This document shows, in pieces, positions 7,412-17,827 of a stretch of DNA of 36,445 nt; positions within the stretch are counted from its first letter, which is position 1; each line of letters starts with the position of its first letter. Source of the stretch: Candidatus Hydrothermales bacterium. Its GTDB lineage: Bacteria > Hydrothermota > Hydrothermia > Hydrothermales > JAJRUZ01. The DNA lies in contig JBCNUW010000020.1 of the NCBI GenBank assembly GCA_039630575.1, positions 1 through 36,445 of the forward strand, read 5' to 3'. The position numbers and the translations under genes are program-made. Below the pieces are notes generated by a model, which did not search any database, was not told where the DNA came from, and saw only the letters and a list, made by a program, of their open reading frames with translations.

Positions 7412-9092
7412 CCCCACCCTCCTCAAATAAATAACGCTTAATTTTCTGTGTAGTTGTCTTAGGAAATTCTTCATCTCTTAAAGAAAAAGACTTTACCTTT
7501 TTATACTCAGCTAACTTCTTATTCACCTCTTCAATCTCTTTACTAACCCAGTCATTTATAAGATCCTCTGTAACATCCACATTCATTTGCTTTGCTCTGT
7601 TATCTATTTCCTCATAATCAGGATATATTATAGCATGCAAAATTTCAGTTTTAGTCTTTGGATGAATTTTAGCTAAAACAAGACATTCCTTGATAATCGA
7701 GGACTCAAGTAACTTCTCCTCTATCTCTTCTGGATATATGTTTTTACCTCCTTTAGTTACTATTACCGATTTTTTCCTTCCTGTTATATATATATATCCA
7801 TCTTTATCTATATAACCAAGATCCCCTGTTAAAAACCATCCCTCCCTAAAAACTCTCTCTGTTGCCTTTTTATCCTTATAGTAGCCAAGCATAACAATAT
7901 CACCTTTTACTGCTATCTCACCGATACCATTTTCATCAGGCTCCATTATCTTAACTTCCACTCCAGGTATCGGAGGTCCAACAGAATTTATTTTATTTTT
8001 ACCCTTAGGTGGGTTAACCGAAACAACCGGAGAAGTCTCTGAAAGACCGTAACCTTGATATATAGGAAAACCTAATCTGAGAAACCCAACTCCCACCCAA
8101 GTTGGTAAAGCAGCTCCTCCTGAAATTATATACTTTATCCTCTTAAAACCCATTTTCTCTCTAACGGTTTTAAACAATACCCTAGATGCTTTTCTACCTG
8201 TTATGGGATCAAGTAAGTGGGATAATGAGGACATAACTTTAAAAAGACCCTTTTTTGGTAAAGATAGATTCTTTATATTTTTCATTATTCCAAGATACAA
8301 TTTTTCAAGAAGGAGGGGAACTGTTAAAAATACTGTTGGTTCAGTTTCTCTTAAATCCTCTAATATCTCACTAGGTTTCAGGGAACGAGCATAAGTTATT
8401 TTTGCTCCAACGTAAAGCGGAGCAAGAAAACCACAAGTTCCCTCAAAAACATGGTGTAATGGTAAAACTGAAAAAAGATGATCGGTCTCGTTGAAATCAA
8501 AAATTTTTAAAACTGCTTCAATGTTTAAAATTACGTTTTTATGAGAAAGCATAATACCTTTTGGTGTTCCTGTAGTCCCAGATGTATAAAGAATAATAGC
8601 TAAATCATTTGGATCCCTGTCAACAGGAACTTCGAGCTTGTCCTTGAACAAAACAACATCTGAAAATGAACTCACTTTCCCATCTGATTCAGGAAAGGAA
8701 ATAATCTCAACTAAACTTTCTACCTTATCCCTTATTTCCAAAATATCGTCAACAAATTTCTTACTTACAAAAATAAATTTACTTTCAGAGTGTCTCAAAA
8801 AATGTTCCCAATCGGACTGAGAAGCTCTTGCATCTAAGGGCACACAAACTCCTCCTGCCCATTGTATCCCGAGATAGGATATTCCCCATTCAGGCATATT
8901 TTCTCCCAAAATTGCTGCTCTATCACCCTTTCTAAATCCCCGAGATTTCAGATAACCCCCTATAGACTTTATCATTTCAAGTGCCTTAGAGTATGTAAAT
9001 ACCTGAAAAGTATCACCTCTTTTTATCCTTGAAAACATGTTATCCTTAGAAATATTATAGCCCCTTAGAAAGATATCAACTATTTTTTTCAT
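7401..9092 (-). CDS. Long-chain acyl-CoA synthetase (AMP-binding)
   Basis: YTSGTTGTPKG, QGYGLSETSP, TGDLG, GRKK...GGKNIYPEEIE. Confidence 0.92.
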   Translation of the reverse strand: MKKIVDIFLRGYNISKDNMFSRIKRGDTFQVFTYSKALEMIKSIGGYLKSRGFRKGDRAAILGENMPEWGISYLGIQWAGGVCVPLDARASQSDWEHFLRHSESKFIFVSKKFVDDILEIRDKVESLVEIISFPESDGKVSSFSDVVLFKDKLEVPVDRDPNDLAIILYTSGTTGTPKGIMLSHKNVILNIEAVLKIFDFNETDHLFSVLPLHHVFEGTCGFLAPLYVGAKITYARSLKPSEILEDLRETEPTVFLTVPLLLEKLYLGIMKNIKNLSLPKKGLFKVMSSLSHLLDPITGRKASRVLFKTVREKMGFKRIKYIISGGAALPTWVGVGFLRLGFPIYQGYGLSETSPVVSVNPPKGKNKINSVGPPIPGVEVKIMEPDENGIGEIAVKGDIVMLGYYKDKKATERVFREGWFLTGDLGYIDKDGYIYITGRKKSVIVTKGGKNIYPEEIEEKLLESSIIKECLVLAKIHPKTKTEILHAIIYPDYEEIDNRAKQMNVDVTEDLINDWVSKEIEEVNKKLAEYKKVKSFSLRDEEFPKTTTQKIKRYLFEEGGVEI

Positions 9093-9095
9093 TCT

Positions 9096-9854
9096 TTAAT
9101 TATGTTTTAATTTATGTGATAAATTCCATAGTTTTGCATATTTTATGAATGTATGAAAAGAAGAGCATATGGCAAGAATAAAACCATGAAAACCATCGAG
9201 AAAACCAAGCCTTATAATATACATCCTAAGAAAAAAATAAAGGGGCCTAAATATTAAATCTAAAATTGAAGCTCTTTTACCCTTACTGAAAAGCTCTCTT
9301 GCTGATAGCTCTGTATAGAGATTTAACTTATTAATATAATGAAAAAGATCAGGATCAGTATAATGTATTATCTTTCCTCTTTTAATTTTTTTAACTTTCC
9401 CCTCTACCAGAATTTTTTCATGAACTATACTCTCTGAAATTCTTGCTTTTTCTTTTCTAAAAACTCTCAAACTATAATCAGGATACCATCCACCAAAACG
9501 AATTAGTTTTCCTAAAAAGTAAGATGCTCTCATCAAATAAAAACCATCCTCGGTATTTTTTTTTATTTCCTTTAAAATCTCTTCAGCAAGAGTTTTCTCA
9601 ACTTGTTCATCAGAATCAAGAAAAATAACCCAATCTGTTTTAACCTTTGATAAGGCAAATTCTCTCTGATTTTTAAAATTATCAAATTTTCTTTCGAAAA
9701 CTATAGCCTTCTTCTTCCTTACTATCTCTAAGGTTTTATCTGTAGAACCGCCATCAATAACTATTATTTCATCACAAAAAAAAAGAGAATCAATTGCCCT
9801 TTCAATCGTCTCTTCAGCATTTAAAGCAATAATAACTCCTGTTATCTTACCCAG
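9096..9854 (-). CDS. GT2 glycosyltransferase (WaaE/KdtX-like), about 252 aa
   Basis: The frame is open upstream of 9536 and encodes KITGVIIALNAEETIERAIDSLFFCDEIIVIDGGSTD...DWVIFLDSDE. The C-terminus has GWYPD and GFLDG. The start is probably CTG 9854. Confidence 0.85.
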   Translation of the reverse strand: MGKITGVIIALNAEETIERAIDSLFFCDEIIVIDGGSTDKTLEIVRKKKAIVFERKFDNFKNQREFALSKVKTDWVIFLDSDEQVEKTLAEEILKEIKKNTEDGFYLMRASYFLGKLIRFGGWYPDYSLRVFRKEKARISESIVHEKILVEGKVKKIKRGKIIHYTDPDLFHYINKLNLYTELSARELFSKGKRASILDLIFRPLYFFLRMYIIRLGFLDGFHGFILAICSSFHTFIKYAKLWNLSHKLKHN

Positions 9855-9859
9855 AAAAC

Positions 9860-11527
9860 TTAATCCCTTCTTTCCAACTTTTCAAGAAGAGACTTTAACT
9901 TTTCAGCCCTTTTAGGATGTCTAAGTTTTTTTAATGCTTGAGCTTCAATCTGTCTTATTCTCTCTCTTGTCACACCAAATATCCTGCCAACCTGTTCAAG
10001 AGTCATAGGAGGATGAATTCCTAAACCAAACCTAAGTTTAATGATCTTCTGTTCTTTAAGTGAAAGAGTAGAAAGGATTTCTTCTAAAGTCTTTTTAATT
10101 ATGGTTTCCCGAGAAAGCTCTGCAGGAGTCTTTGTAAACTGATCAGCTATTACCTCCTCCATAACACCATCCTCATCCTTTCCAATAGGTTTATCAATAG
10201 AAAGCGGTTGATGAGAAACTTCAAGAGCTTGTTTAACCTTTTCTTCAGGTAGGCCAAGTATATCCGAAAGCTCTCTTACGGTTGGCTCTCTTCCATAAGT
10301 TTGTAGAAAATCCTTTTGGGCTTTAGAAATTTTTGTAAGAGTCTCAATCATATGAACCGGAACTCTCACTGTCCTTGAATTATCAGCAATCGCTCTTGTT
10401 ATAGCCTGTTTAATCCACCAAGTTGCGTAAGTAGAAAACTTATAACCTTTTCTATAATCAAATTTTTCAACAGCCTTTAGTAAACCAATATTACCCTCCT
10501 CTATTAGATCAAGAAACTCTATTCCTCTATTCATAAACCTTTTAGCAGTTCCTATAACAAGCCTTACATTACCCTCAACCATCTTTTCTCTTGCGTAGTT
10601 ATAAGACTTTTTAGCCTTTTCTATTTCCTCTTTAATAGTAATAAGTTCGTTAAAACTAAGACCAAGTTTTTTTTCATATTCTTGAATTGAACTTTTCAAG
10701 AGATTAAGATTTTCTCTTAAATCTCTGTCAACAGAATTATTTTTTTCCTTATTTTTAAATTCCTCTTTCATCCTCCTATATTCTATAGTAAGGCTTTCAA
10801 GTGTTTTTATCTCTTCATATAATCTGTCTACATTCTCCTGAACATAAGAAAATTTAGGAACAATTTTTGAAAATAACTTATTAAGTTGCTTACTTTCTTC
10901 CTCCTCTAAAGTTTTTAAAGTCTTTTTTTTATCTTCAAAAACTTTAACATAAAACTCTAAAAATTCCTCAATACCTTTCTTAACTCTCTTCTTTTCCTTC
11001 TTATTAACCAACTTGTTTGTCCAATAACTTGAATCTACCTCCAAAATTTCTTCAGGTTGTAACTCAAGTTCCTTTACTTTTCTTAAAAAATTTACAAATC
11101 TTTTTAATCCAAAGTCCGTGCTAAAAAGTATTTCCTTCATCTTCTCTTTAGCATCATGAATCATCTTAGAAAACGCTACTTCCTCATCTTTTGTCAAAAG
11201 TCTCAAACCTGATATTTGCTTTAAATAAGTTTTAACAGGGTCATCCTTTACTCTAATTTCATACTCTTCAATTTCTCTATCCCTTTTTCTTTCCTCCTCT
11301 TCAACAATCTCTATTCCCTCAGCAAACAAAGCTTCCATAACTTCATCAACAAGATTAGGTGGTAAATTCATGGTTAACTCGTTCAAATCCTCCTGTCTTA
11401 TCTGCTTATATTTTTTAGCCTTTTCCATAACTCTTTCTATGACACTTTGAACTAAAGCTTGTTCAATTTCTCTCATATTCATCTCATTAACTGTTTTTTT
11501 AATTTTCTTTTCACTCCTTCTTGGCAT
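9860..11527 (-). CDS. rpoD: Primary sigma factor RpoD
   Basis: [46 protein letters not shown]; follows dnaG. Confidence 0.96.
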   Translation of the reverse strand: MPRRSEKKIKKTVNEMNMREIEQALVQSVIERVMEKAKKYKQIRQEDLNELTMNLPPNLVDEVMEALFAEGIEIVEEEERKRDREIEEYEIRVKDDPVKTYLKQISGLRLLTKDEEVAFSKMIHDAKEKMKEILFSTDFGLKRFVNFLRKVKELELQPEEILEVDSSYWTNKLVNKKEKKRVKKGIEEFLEFYVKVFEDKKKTLKTLEEEESKQLNKLFSKIVPKFSYVQENVDRLYEEIKTLESLTIEYRRMKEEFKNKEKNNSVDRDLRENLNLLKSSIQEYEKKLGLSFNELITIKEEIEKAKKSYNYAREKMVEGNVRLVIGTAKRFMNRGIEFLDLIEEGNIGLLKAVEKFDYRKGYKFSTYATWWIKQAITRAIADNSRTVRVPVHMIETLTKISKAQKDFLQTYGREPTVRELSDILGLPEEKVKQALEVSHQPLSIDKPIGKDEDGVMEEVIADQFTKTPAELSRETIIKKTLEEILSTLSLKEQKIIKLRFGLGIHPPMTLEQVGRIFGVTRERIRQIEAQALKKLRHPKRAEKLKSLLEKLERRD

Positions 11528-11542
11528 TTTTCTCCTCCCATA

Positions 11543-13198
11543 CTATTTACTTGGATTTGAACCAATACCACTCCTATAATCCTTCCACTCTTTAAAAATC
11601 TTTTCCCTCTTTAATATCCTTTCCATCCTGTTTTTAAGTTTTTCAAAGGCATATTCATATAACAAATTTTCTTCACCCTCCTTACCAAAAGAAATATACT
11701 TTTCCCTCGATTTAAAGATAGATTCTAATAATTTTTTTCTTTCACTTTCTTTCAATTCAAAAAGAACATCCTCAAAAGCGCTTCCTTCTAGTATTTTCAA
11801 TGTAACTTCCTTTAAAATTTCACTCCTAAAAACCCTGTGATCAATACCCCTTCTTTCCATTTCTTCTTTATTAAACTTGTTAAAAAAAGCTATAATTCCA
11901 AAGAGAGTAAATTCTGAAGATAGAGTATCCCTCTCAACTTTTTTTTCCTCTTTCAAAGATATAGACTCTATTCTCCTTTTTATGTATTCTGGAGATATTA
12001 AAAATCTTTCAGATAATTTTTTAACAAATAACTCTTTCTCAATATCATTAGGCATAAAAGATATAAAGTTTATCATATCAGATAATAAAATACTCTGAAC
12101 ATAAGCATCTGAAGGAAGGGTTTCAGGAAGCAGAGCGTCCAAAAAATTCTTTGCACCATTTATTAGTTTATCCATATCCTCCTTACTTTTTTTTCTTAAA
12201 AAAGATTCTGGATCTTCATTTTGAGGAAGTTCAGCTACCTTTACCTTTAAACCAACTTGAAGTAAAAAAGGTAAGATCCTCTTCATACCTCTTTTACCAG
12301 CATCATCACCATCATAAAGCACTATAATAATATCAGCAAATTTTTTAATTAGCAAGGCTTGTTCAATTGAAAAGGCAGTACCAAGGGGTGCTACTGTATT
12401 CTCAAAGCCACATTCTACCATTTTCATAACATCAGTATAACCCTCAACTATTATGATTGTATTATCTCTCTTTGCCTTATTTTTTGCAATATCTATACCA
12501 TAAAGATTTTTACCTTTTTTAAAAATTTTAGAATCAGGAGAATTTAAGTATTTAGGTTCACCTTCAAAAGCTCTTCCACCAAAGGCAACACACTTAGAAG
12601 AAATATTAAAAATTGGGAAAATAATTCTATCTTTAAAGAAATCCCTTATAACTCCCTGTGAACCTGTTATAAGACCAACTTCAAGCAGAAAAGAAGGATT
12701 TATTCCCTTTTCTCTTGCTTTTTTAATTATAAAGTCTCCCTCCGGAGGTGCATAACCTATCCTAAATCTTCTTATTGTACTTAATTTGAAACCTCTATCT
12801 TCTAAATAATTTCTTGCTTTCTCTCCTTGCCTCTCAAACAAAACTTTTTCATACTCATTAAGGGCGAATTCAATAACTTCAAAAAGTTTAAAAGTCTCTT
12901 TATCTTCATTTAATCCCTCTCCTTTTAATTCAATTCCAGCTTCTTTAGCAAGCTCCTTTAATGCCTCAAACTTTGATATTCCCTCTATTTCTGAGATCAG
13001 ATGAATCAAATTTCCAGATTTTCCACATCCAAAACAGTAGAAAAGACCTCTTTCAGAATCAAAAGAAAGCGAAGGTTTTTTATCGGCATGAAAAGGACAT
13101 ATAGCTTGGTAATTCCTACCAACCTTCTTAAAATTTAAATATCTCTTTGCTATTTCAATTGGAGAAATTGACGAGATTATTTGATTATAAATACTCAT
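11543..13198 (-). CDS. dnaG: DNA primase
   Basis: CPFH...CFGC zinc finger, KYLNSP, VEGYTD, YDGDDAG. Confidence 0.96.
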   Translation of the reverse strand: MSIYNQIISSISPIEIAKRYLNFKKVGRNYQAICPFHADKKPSLSFDSERGLFYCFGCGKSGNLIHLISEIEGISKFEALKELAKEAGIELKGEGLNEDKETFKLFEVIEFALNEYEKVLFERQGEKARNYLEDRGFKLSTIRRFRIGYAPPEGDFIIKKAREKGINPSFLLEVGLITGSQGVIRDFFKDRIIFPIFNISSKCVAFGGRAFEGEPKYLNSPDSKIFKKGKNLYGIDIAKNKAKRDNTIIIVEGYTDVMKMVECGFENTVAPLGTAFSIEQALLIKKFADIIIVLYDGDDAGKRGMKRILPFLLQVGLKVKVAELPQNEDPESFLRKKSKEDMDKLINGAKNFLDALLPETLPSDAYVQSILLSDMINFISFMPNDIEKELFVKKLSERFLISPEYIKRRIESISLKEEKKVERDTLSSEFTLFGIIAFFNKFNKEEMERRGIDHRVFRSEILKEVTLKILEGSAFEDVLFELKESERKKLLESIFKSREKYISFGKEGEENLLYEYAFEKLKNRMERILKREKIFKEWKDYRSGIGSNPSK

Positions 13199-15366
13199 AT
13201 CTTCCTGAATCTGACAATAGTTACACCTTCTCCCCCCTCATTCCATGAGGGGTGAAAAAATTCTGCTACGAAGTCCATATTTTTAATAACATCTATAACC
13301 AACTTTTTCAAGATTCCTTTTCCCTCACCATGAACTATTCTTACTTCATTATACCCAGCAGCTCTCGCATCGTATAAAAATCTTTCGAGAAGTTCCTCAG
13401 CTTCTTCTCTATTCATTCCTCTTATTGATAAAACCCTTGGAGGTAGTGGAAATGTATAAGAATTAACTTTAATTTTTTCTTCTTCAAATTTTTCCTTTTT
13501 CTCCCTCAAGAAAGAGATTGGTATTTCAATTTTCTTACCACTAATTTCAAGAAGTGCTTTATCACCTTTTATACTAATGAGTTTACCAAAAGTAGATCCA
13601 TCTTTTAGAGAATAAATTTCTCCTATTTTTAAATTTTTTAATTTATCTGTTTCTAACTCCTCTTTTTTCTCCTCTATCTTTTTGATAGCCTCCTTTAAAA
13701 TCTTCTTTTCTCTTTTCAATTCAAATTCCCTCAAAATTTTTGTTATCTCTTTACTAAATTCTTCTATTTTCTTCTTTAAATTCCTCTTATATTCCTGTTC
13801 AATTCTTTCCTTCTCCTTCTTTAAATTTTCTTTTTCTTTATTCAATTCTTCTCTTTCTTTTTCAATTTCACTCTTTAGCTTATAAATCTTATCTATCAAC
13901 TCTTGAGATTGGGGCATTTTCTGAAAAATTGATTCAGGTAAACCACACTTTCTTGCTACAAAAGTTGCAAAACTTGGAGAAACTTTCATAACCTCAATTC
14001 TATAGGTAGGCTTTAAGGATTCAAAATCTAGGGTAAAAGCAGATATCAATATTCCTTTTTCATCCTGTAAGTATGTTTTAATTTTATCATTATGGGTCGC
14101 ACATATAGTTTTTATTTTTCTATCCCTTAAATCTTTTAGTATACCGACTCCTAAATTTCCACCCTCTTCAGGATCAGTGTTTCCCATAAACTCATCAAGA
14201 AGAACAAGTTTATGTTGTGAGGAATTATTTATGGAATTTTTTATTTCTTCAAGATAAAGTGTAAAACTTGAGAAACCTTCCTCAATCTTACTTCTCTCTT
14301 CAAATCCTGCCATAAAAATTCTATCAGGGATATAAAAGTAACTTAATGAGGAGGCTGGAACAGGTATCCCCCTTTTAATCATTCTTATCAAAAGGTATAT
14401 AGCTTCAAGAAAAGTAGTTTTTCCACCTCCATTAGGACCTGTCACCAGTAAAACTTCTTTATCTTCGTCAAATTCGATATCATAGGAAACACATTTTTTA
14501 TCCAGAATCACTTTTAACAGTGGGTGATAACAATATATAAGTTTAAATTTCTTTTCTTTACCAAATTGAGGTATTTCACCTGAAATTCTATCTGCAAATA
14601 AGTAAATAGCTTGATAATAATCTAATTTTGTAACATAATTTATAAGTTCACTAATCTCATTTTTCAAATCATTATAAATTAAAAAAATGTTATTTAATAT
14701 CCTTTTCTCTTCTTCTTTTTCAATTTCTTCAAGATGTCTGAATTTCACATTTAGATTAACAATTTCTTCAGGTTCAACAAAATAACTTTCACCGCTTCTT
14801 GAGTAGGACACAAGTATAGTATTGGGAATTAAAGTCTTAAGGCATAAAGTAAATCTACCTTCTTTAAAATGAATTTCCTCGTCTCTTAGTATGTTTTCTT
14901 TCCTAAAATTTTCGATAATACTTTTTAATTTTTTTTCTATATCCTTGTAGAGACTTCTTTTTTTCTCTCTTATCTTTTGAAGTGTTTCTGATGCAGAATC
15001 CTTTATGTTCCCTTCATCATCAAAAGTAAGTTCTAATCTTTGATAAAAGGACAAAATGGACTCATTTATAGGTAAAAAAAAGTCTACATCTTGCTTAATA
15101 CTTACTATTTCTCTTTTTATCTCAAAAATTTTTCGTAAATAATCTCTGAAACTTACGAAATATTTTGAGATTGATATTGAAGTTTCATACTTTTTGTACT
15201 CAGGAATAGAGAAAAATTTTCTTCTAAGAAGTTCACTATACATTCTATACTCATCGTATCTTTTTCTTATATTCTCTATCTCTTCCTCTTCTTTCAGCTC
15301 ATATAAATATTTTCTACCTTCTTCAGTTTGTATAAATTGAGAAATGAAATTTAAAATCTTTTCCAA
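13195..15366 (-). CDS. mutS2: MutS2 family ATPase/endonuclease with Smr domain
   Basis: FVEP, TGPNGGGKT, LLDE..GNTDPEEG, coiled coil, Smr IVHGEGKG; TTG start. Confidence 0.88.
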   Translation of the reverse strand: MEKILNFISQFIQTEEGRKYLYELKEEEEIENIRKRYDEYRMYSELLRRKFFSIPEYKKYETSISISKYFVSFRDYLRKIFEIKREIVSIKQDVDFFLPINESILSFYQRLELTFDDEGNIKDSASETLQKIREKKRSLYKDIEKKLKSIIENFRKENILRDEEIHFKEGRFTLCLKTLIPNTILVSYSRSGESYFVEPEEIVNLNVKFRHLEEIEKEEEKRILNNIFLIYNDLKNEISELINYVTKLDYYQAIYLFADRISGEIPQFGKEKKFKLIYCYHPLLKVILDKKCVSYDIEFDEDKEVLLVTGPNGGGKTTFLEAIYLLIRMIKRGIPVPASSLSYFYIPDRIFMAGFEERSKIEEGFSSFTLYLEEIKNSINNSSQHKLVLLDEFMGNTDPEEGGNLGVGILKDLRDRKIKTICATHNDKIKTYLQDEKGILISAFTLDFESLKPTYRIEVMKVSPSFATFVARKCGLPESIFQKMPQSQELIDKIYKLKSEIEKEREELNKEKENLKKEKERIEQEYKRNLKKKIEEFSKEITKILREFELKREKKILKEAIKKIEEKKEELETDKLKNLKIGEIYSLKDGSTFGKLISIKGDKALLEISGKKIEIPISFLREKKEKFEEEKIKVNSYTFPLPPRVLSIRGMNREEAEELLERFLYDARAAGYNEVRIVHGEGKGILKKLVIDVIKNMDFVAEFFHPSWNEGGEGVTIVRFRKI

Positions 15367-15369
15367 AAA

Positions 15370-15579
15370 TTATTTTTTTAATTTTTCTTGTAGTTGTTTT
15401 AATCTTCTTAAAGCTCTTCTTTTTGCTGTGGCTAATTCCTTTCTCTTCTTTTCTGAAGGTTTCTCATAGTGTTCTAATCTCTTTAAGTCATCCATAATTT
15501 TATCTCTATTTAGAACTTTCTTAAATCTCTTTAACATTTCTTCAAAATTCTCACCATCTCTTAATTTAACTCCTGTCAT
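15370..15579 (-). CDS. rpsU: 30S ribosomal protein bS21
   Basis: V...ENFEEMLKRFKK and EHYEKPS.KKR; ATG 15579 with SD GGGAGGT at 15594-15588. Confidence 0.93.
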   Translation of the reverse strand: MTGVKLRDGENFEEMLKRFKKVLNRDKIMDDLKRLEHYEKPSEKKRKELATAKRRALRRLKQLQEKLKK

Positions 15580-15623
15580 AAATTTATACCTCCCTTTAAA
15601 AATTAAGGGGGGGAATTGAACCC

Positions 15624-15962
15624 TTATCCCGGTGGCCAACCTAATATTCTTCCTCCAAGTAAATGAAAGTGAAGATGAAAAATACTCTGACCTGCCTCTT
15701 TTCCATCATTTACTACAACTCTAAAACCATTTTCCAGTTTCCTTTCAAGGGCAATTTTACTTATTACATATAATATATGTCCTATCAAATTTTCATCCTC
15801 AACATTCATCTCTCTAAGAGATCCTATATGTTTTTTGGGGACAATTAAAATGTGAGTAGGAGCTTGCGGATTTATATCCTCAAAGGCTAAACATTTTTCA
15901 TCTTCATAAACTATTTTTGAATTAATTTCTTTATTTATAATTTTGCAGAATAAACATTCCAT
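15624..15962 (-). CDS. Histidine triad (HIT/HinT) nucleotide-binding protein
   Basis: CLFCKI, DINPQAPTH, HLHFHLLGG, WPPG. Confidence 0.95.
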   Translation of the reverse strand: MECLFCKIINKEINSKIVYEDEKCLAFEDINPQAPTHILIVPKKHIGSLREMNVEDENLIGHILYVISKIALERKLENGFRVVVNDGKEAGQSIFHLHFHLLGGRILGWPPG

Positions 15963-16687
15963 TATAGGTTCCTCCTTTCGGATAAATATAAGAAAATCAT
16001 TCCAGCAAATAAAAGGGCTGTTTCTGATCTTAAAGTTCTAAGACCAAGATTCCACTCTTCAAATCCTATTTTCTTCAAAAAATTTATCTCATCTTGTGTA
16101 AAGGAGCCCTCTGGACCAGCAACTATTACAACTCTTCTAAAATTGTTCTCTTTAACCTCTGGTCTTATTTTTACTTTTTCATTCAGTAGAATCTTCAAAT
16201 CATAATCAGTGACTAAATTACCAAAGTCAGATAAACTAACTGGTCTTTCAATAAAAGGTAACACACTTCTTCTCGATTGTTTCATCGCCGAAATTGCTAT
16301 CTTGTTCCATCTTAAAACTTTACTCTCACTCGGTTCTACTTCTGTTTTTTCTGTTAAAAGAGGGAAAAACCTCGTGACACCGAGTTCTGTGCCCTTTTCT
16401 ATCAGAAGATCCATTCTCTCTCCCTTCAAAACTCCGCAGGCAAAGGCAAGTTCAAAGGGAATCTCGTTTGGTTTTCTTCTTTTTTCAATAATTTTGCCCT
16501 CTGCATAACCATCTTCAGTTTTTGATAACAAAACAGTATACTCATCACCTTCTCCATTTACTACTTTTATAATATCCCCTTGTCTTTTTCTCAAAACTTT
16601 ATGAAGATGTAAGTATTCCTGTCCAAAAATATATACCCTATCATTTTTTATATCCTTTTTGGGAACATAAAAGTATCTTAGATCCAT
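15962..16687 (-). CDS. rsmE: 16S rRNA m3U1498 methyltransferase
   Basis: HL.KVLR, EKGTELGV, GPEGSF, LG.RTLRSETA. Confidence 0.95.
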   Translation of the reverse strand: MDLRYFYVPKKDIKNDRVYIFGQEYLHLHKVLRKRQGDIIKVVNGEGDEYTVLLSKTEDGYAEGKIIEKRRKPNEIPFELAFACGVLKGERMDLLIEKGTELGVTRFFPLLTEKTEVEPSESKVLRWNKIAISAMKQSRRSVLPFIERPVSLSDFGNLVTDYDLKILLNEKVKIRPEVKENNFRRVVIVAGPEGSFTQDEINFLKKIGFEEWNLGLRTLRSETALLFAGMIFLYLSERRNL

Positions 16688-17820
16688 TATCTTTTTATCT
16701 CCATTAATCTCTTTAAAATTTCTCTTTCTTCATTTGAAACATTCTTAGGGATATAAACATCTACCTCCACATAAAGATCTCCTTTATGACCGTTGAGATC
16801 ATTAATTCCATGTCCTTTCACTTTAAACACTTGACCTGTTTGTGTTCCAGGTGGAATATGTATCTTTACTTTTTTCCCATTTAATGAATCAACATAAATT
16901 TCTCCTCCTAAAACAAGTATAGGGTAAGGAACTTTAACTTTTGTCTTTAAATCTTTACCATGTCTCTCAAAGACTTCACTTTTAATTTCCTCAACAATTA
17001 CAATTAAATCACCATATTCTCCCCCTCTTAATCCTGCATTACCCATTCCTTTTAATCTCAAAATATTTCCTTCCTCTACACCTTTAGGTATGTTTATTTT
17101 TACCTTTTCATCTTTTAATACCCTACCTGTTCCACCGCAATTTTCACATTTATCTTTTAAAATTTTCCCAGAACCACGACAGGTAGGACAAGTTGATTGA
17201 GTAACAAAGTGTCCAAAGAATGTTCTTTTCTCTTCTCTTATAAAGCCAGAACCATGACAGGTGCTGCATGTGCTATATGATCTTGACTTAGATCCCAAAC
17301 CACCACAGGATTCGCATCTTGTATATCTTTTAATGGCTACTTTTTTGGTTACTCCATTATCAATTTCCTCAAGTGTTAGTGGTATTTTTATTCTTAAGTC
17401 CTCACCTCGCTGAGAAAAAAAATCTTCCCTCTGCTTTGTTCTTCTCCCAGAGTCAAAAATAAAATCAAAAAAGGATCCTCCAAATCCAAATTCTTCGAAA
17501 ATCCTTCCTATATCACCAAAAATATCTTCCAAATCCTCAAAATGAGAAAAATCTCTCCATGTAAAGTCTCCTTCTCTAAATACCCCTGCTCCCTTTAATC
17601 CATCGTGTCCATATCTGTCGTAAATTTCTCTTTTCTTTGGGTCACTTAAAACCTCATAGGCTTCAGAAATTTCCATAAATTTTTTTGCTGCTTCTTCTTT
17701 ATTTGTTGGATTTCTATCCGGATGATATTTTAAAGCTAACTTCTTATATGCCTTCTTTATCTCATCCTGTGTAGCATTCCTGTTTACTCCAAGAATCTCA
17801 TAGTAATCTCTCTTTGTCAT
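16687..17820 (-). CDS. dnaJ: Chaperone DnaJ
   Basis: J-domain HPD, G/F-rich region, four CxxCxGxG motifs. Confidence 0.97.
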   Translation of the reverse strand: MTKRDYYEILGVNRNATQDEIKKAYKKLALKYHPDRNPTNKEEAAKKFMEISEAYEVLSDPKKREIYDRYGHDGLKGAGVFREGDFTWRDFSHFEDLEDIFGDIGRIFEEFGFGGSFFDFIFDSGRRTKQREDFFSQRGEDLRIKIPLTLEEIDNGVTKKVAIKRYTRCESCGGLGSKSRSYSTCSTCHGSGFIREEKRTFFGHFVTQSTCPTCRGSGKILKDKCENCGGTGRVLKDEKVKINIPKGVEEGNILRLKGMGNAGLRGGEYGDLIVIVEEIKSEVFERHGKDLKTKVKVPYPILVLGGEIYVDSLNGKKVKIHIPPGTQTGQVFKVKGHGINDLNGHKGDLYVEVDVYIPKNVSNEEREILKRLMEIKR

Positions 17821-17827
17821 TTACGCT

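Noticed and set aside
15580..15639. N-terminal extension of rpsU, or a tRNA at GGTTCAATTCC
   Set aside because: A strong SD supports ATG 15579. Only a T-loop-like 11-mer is present, with no cloverleaf.
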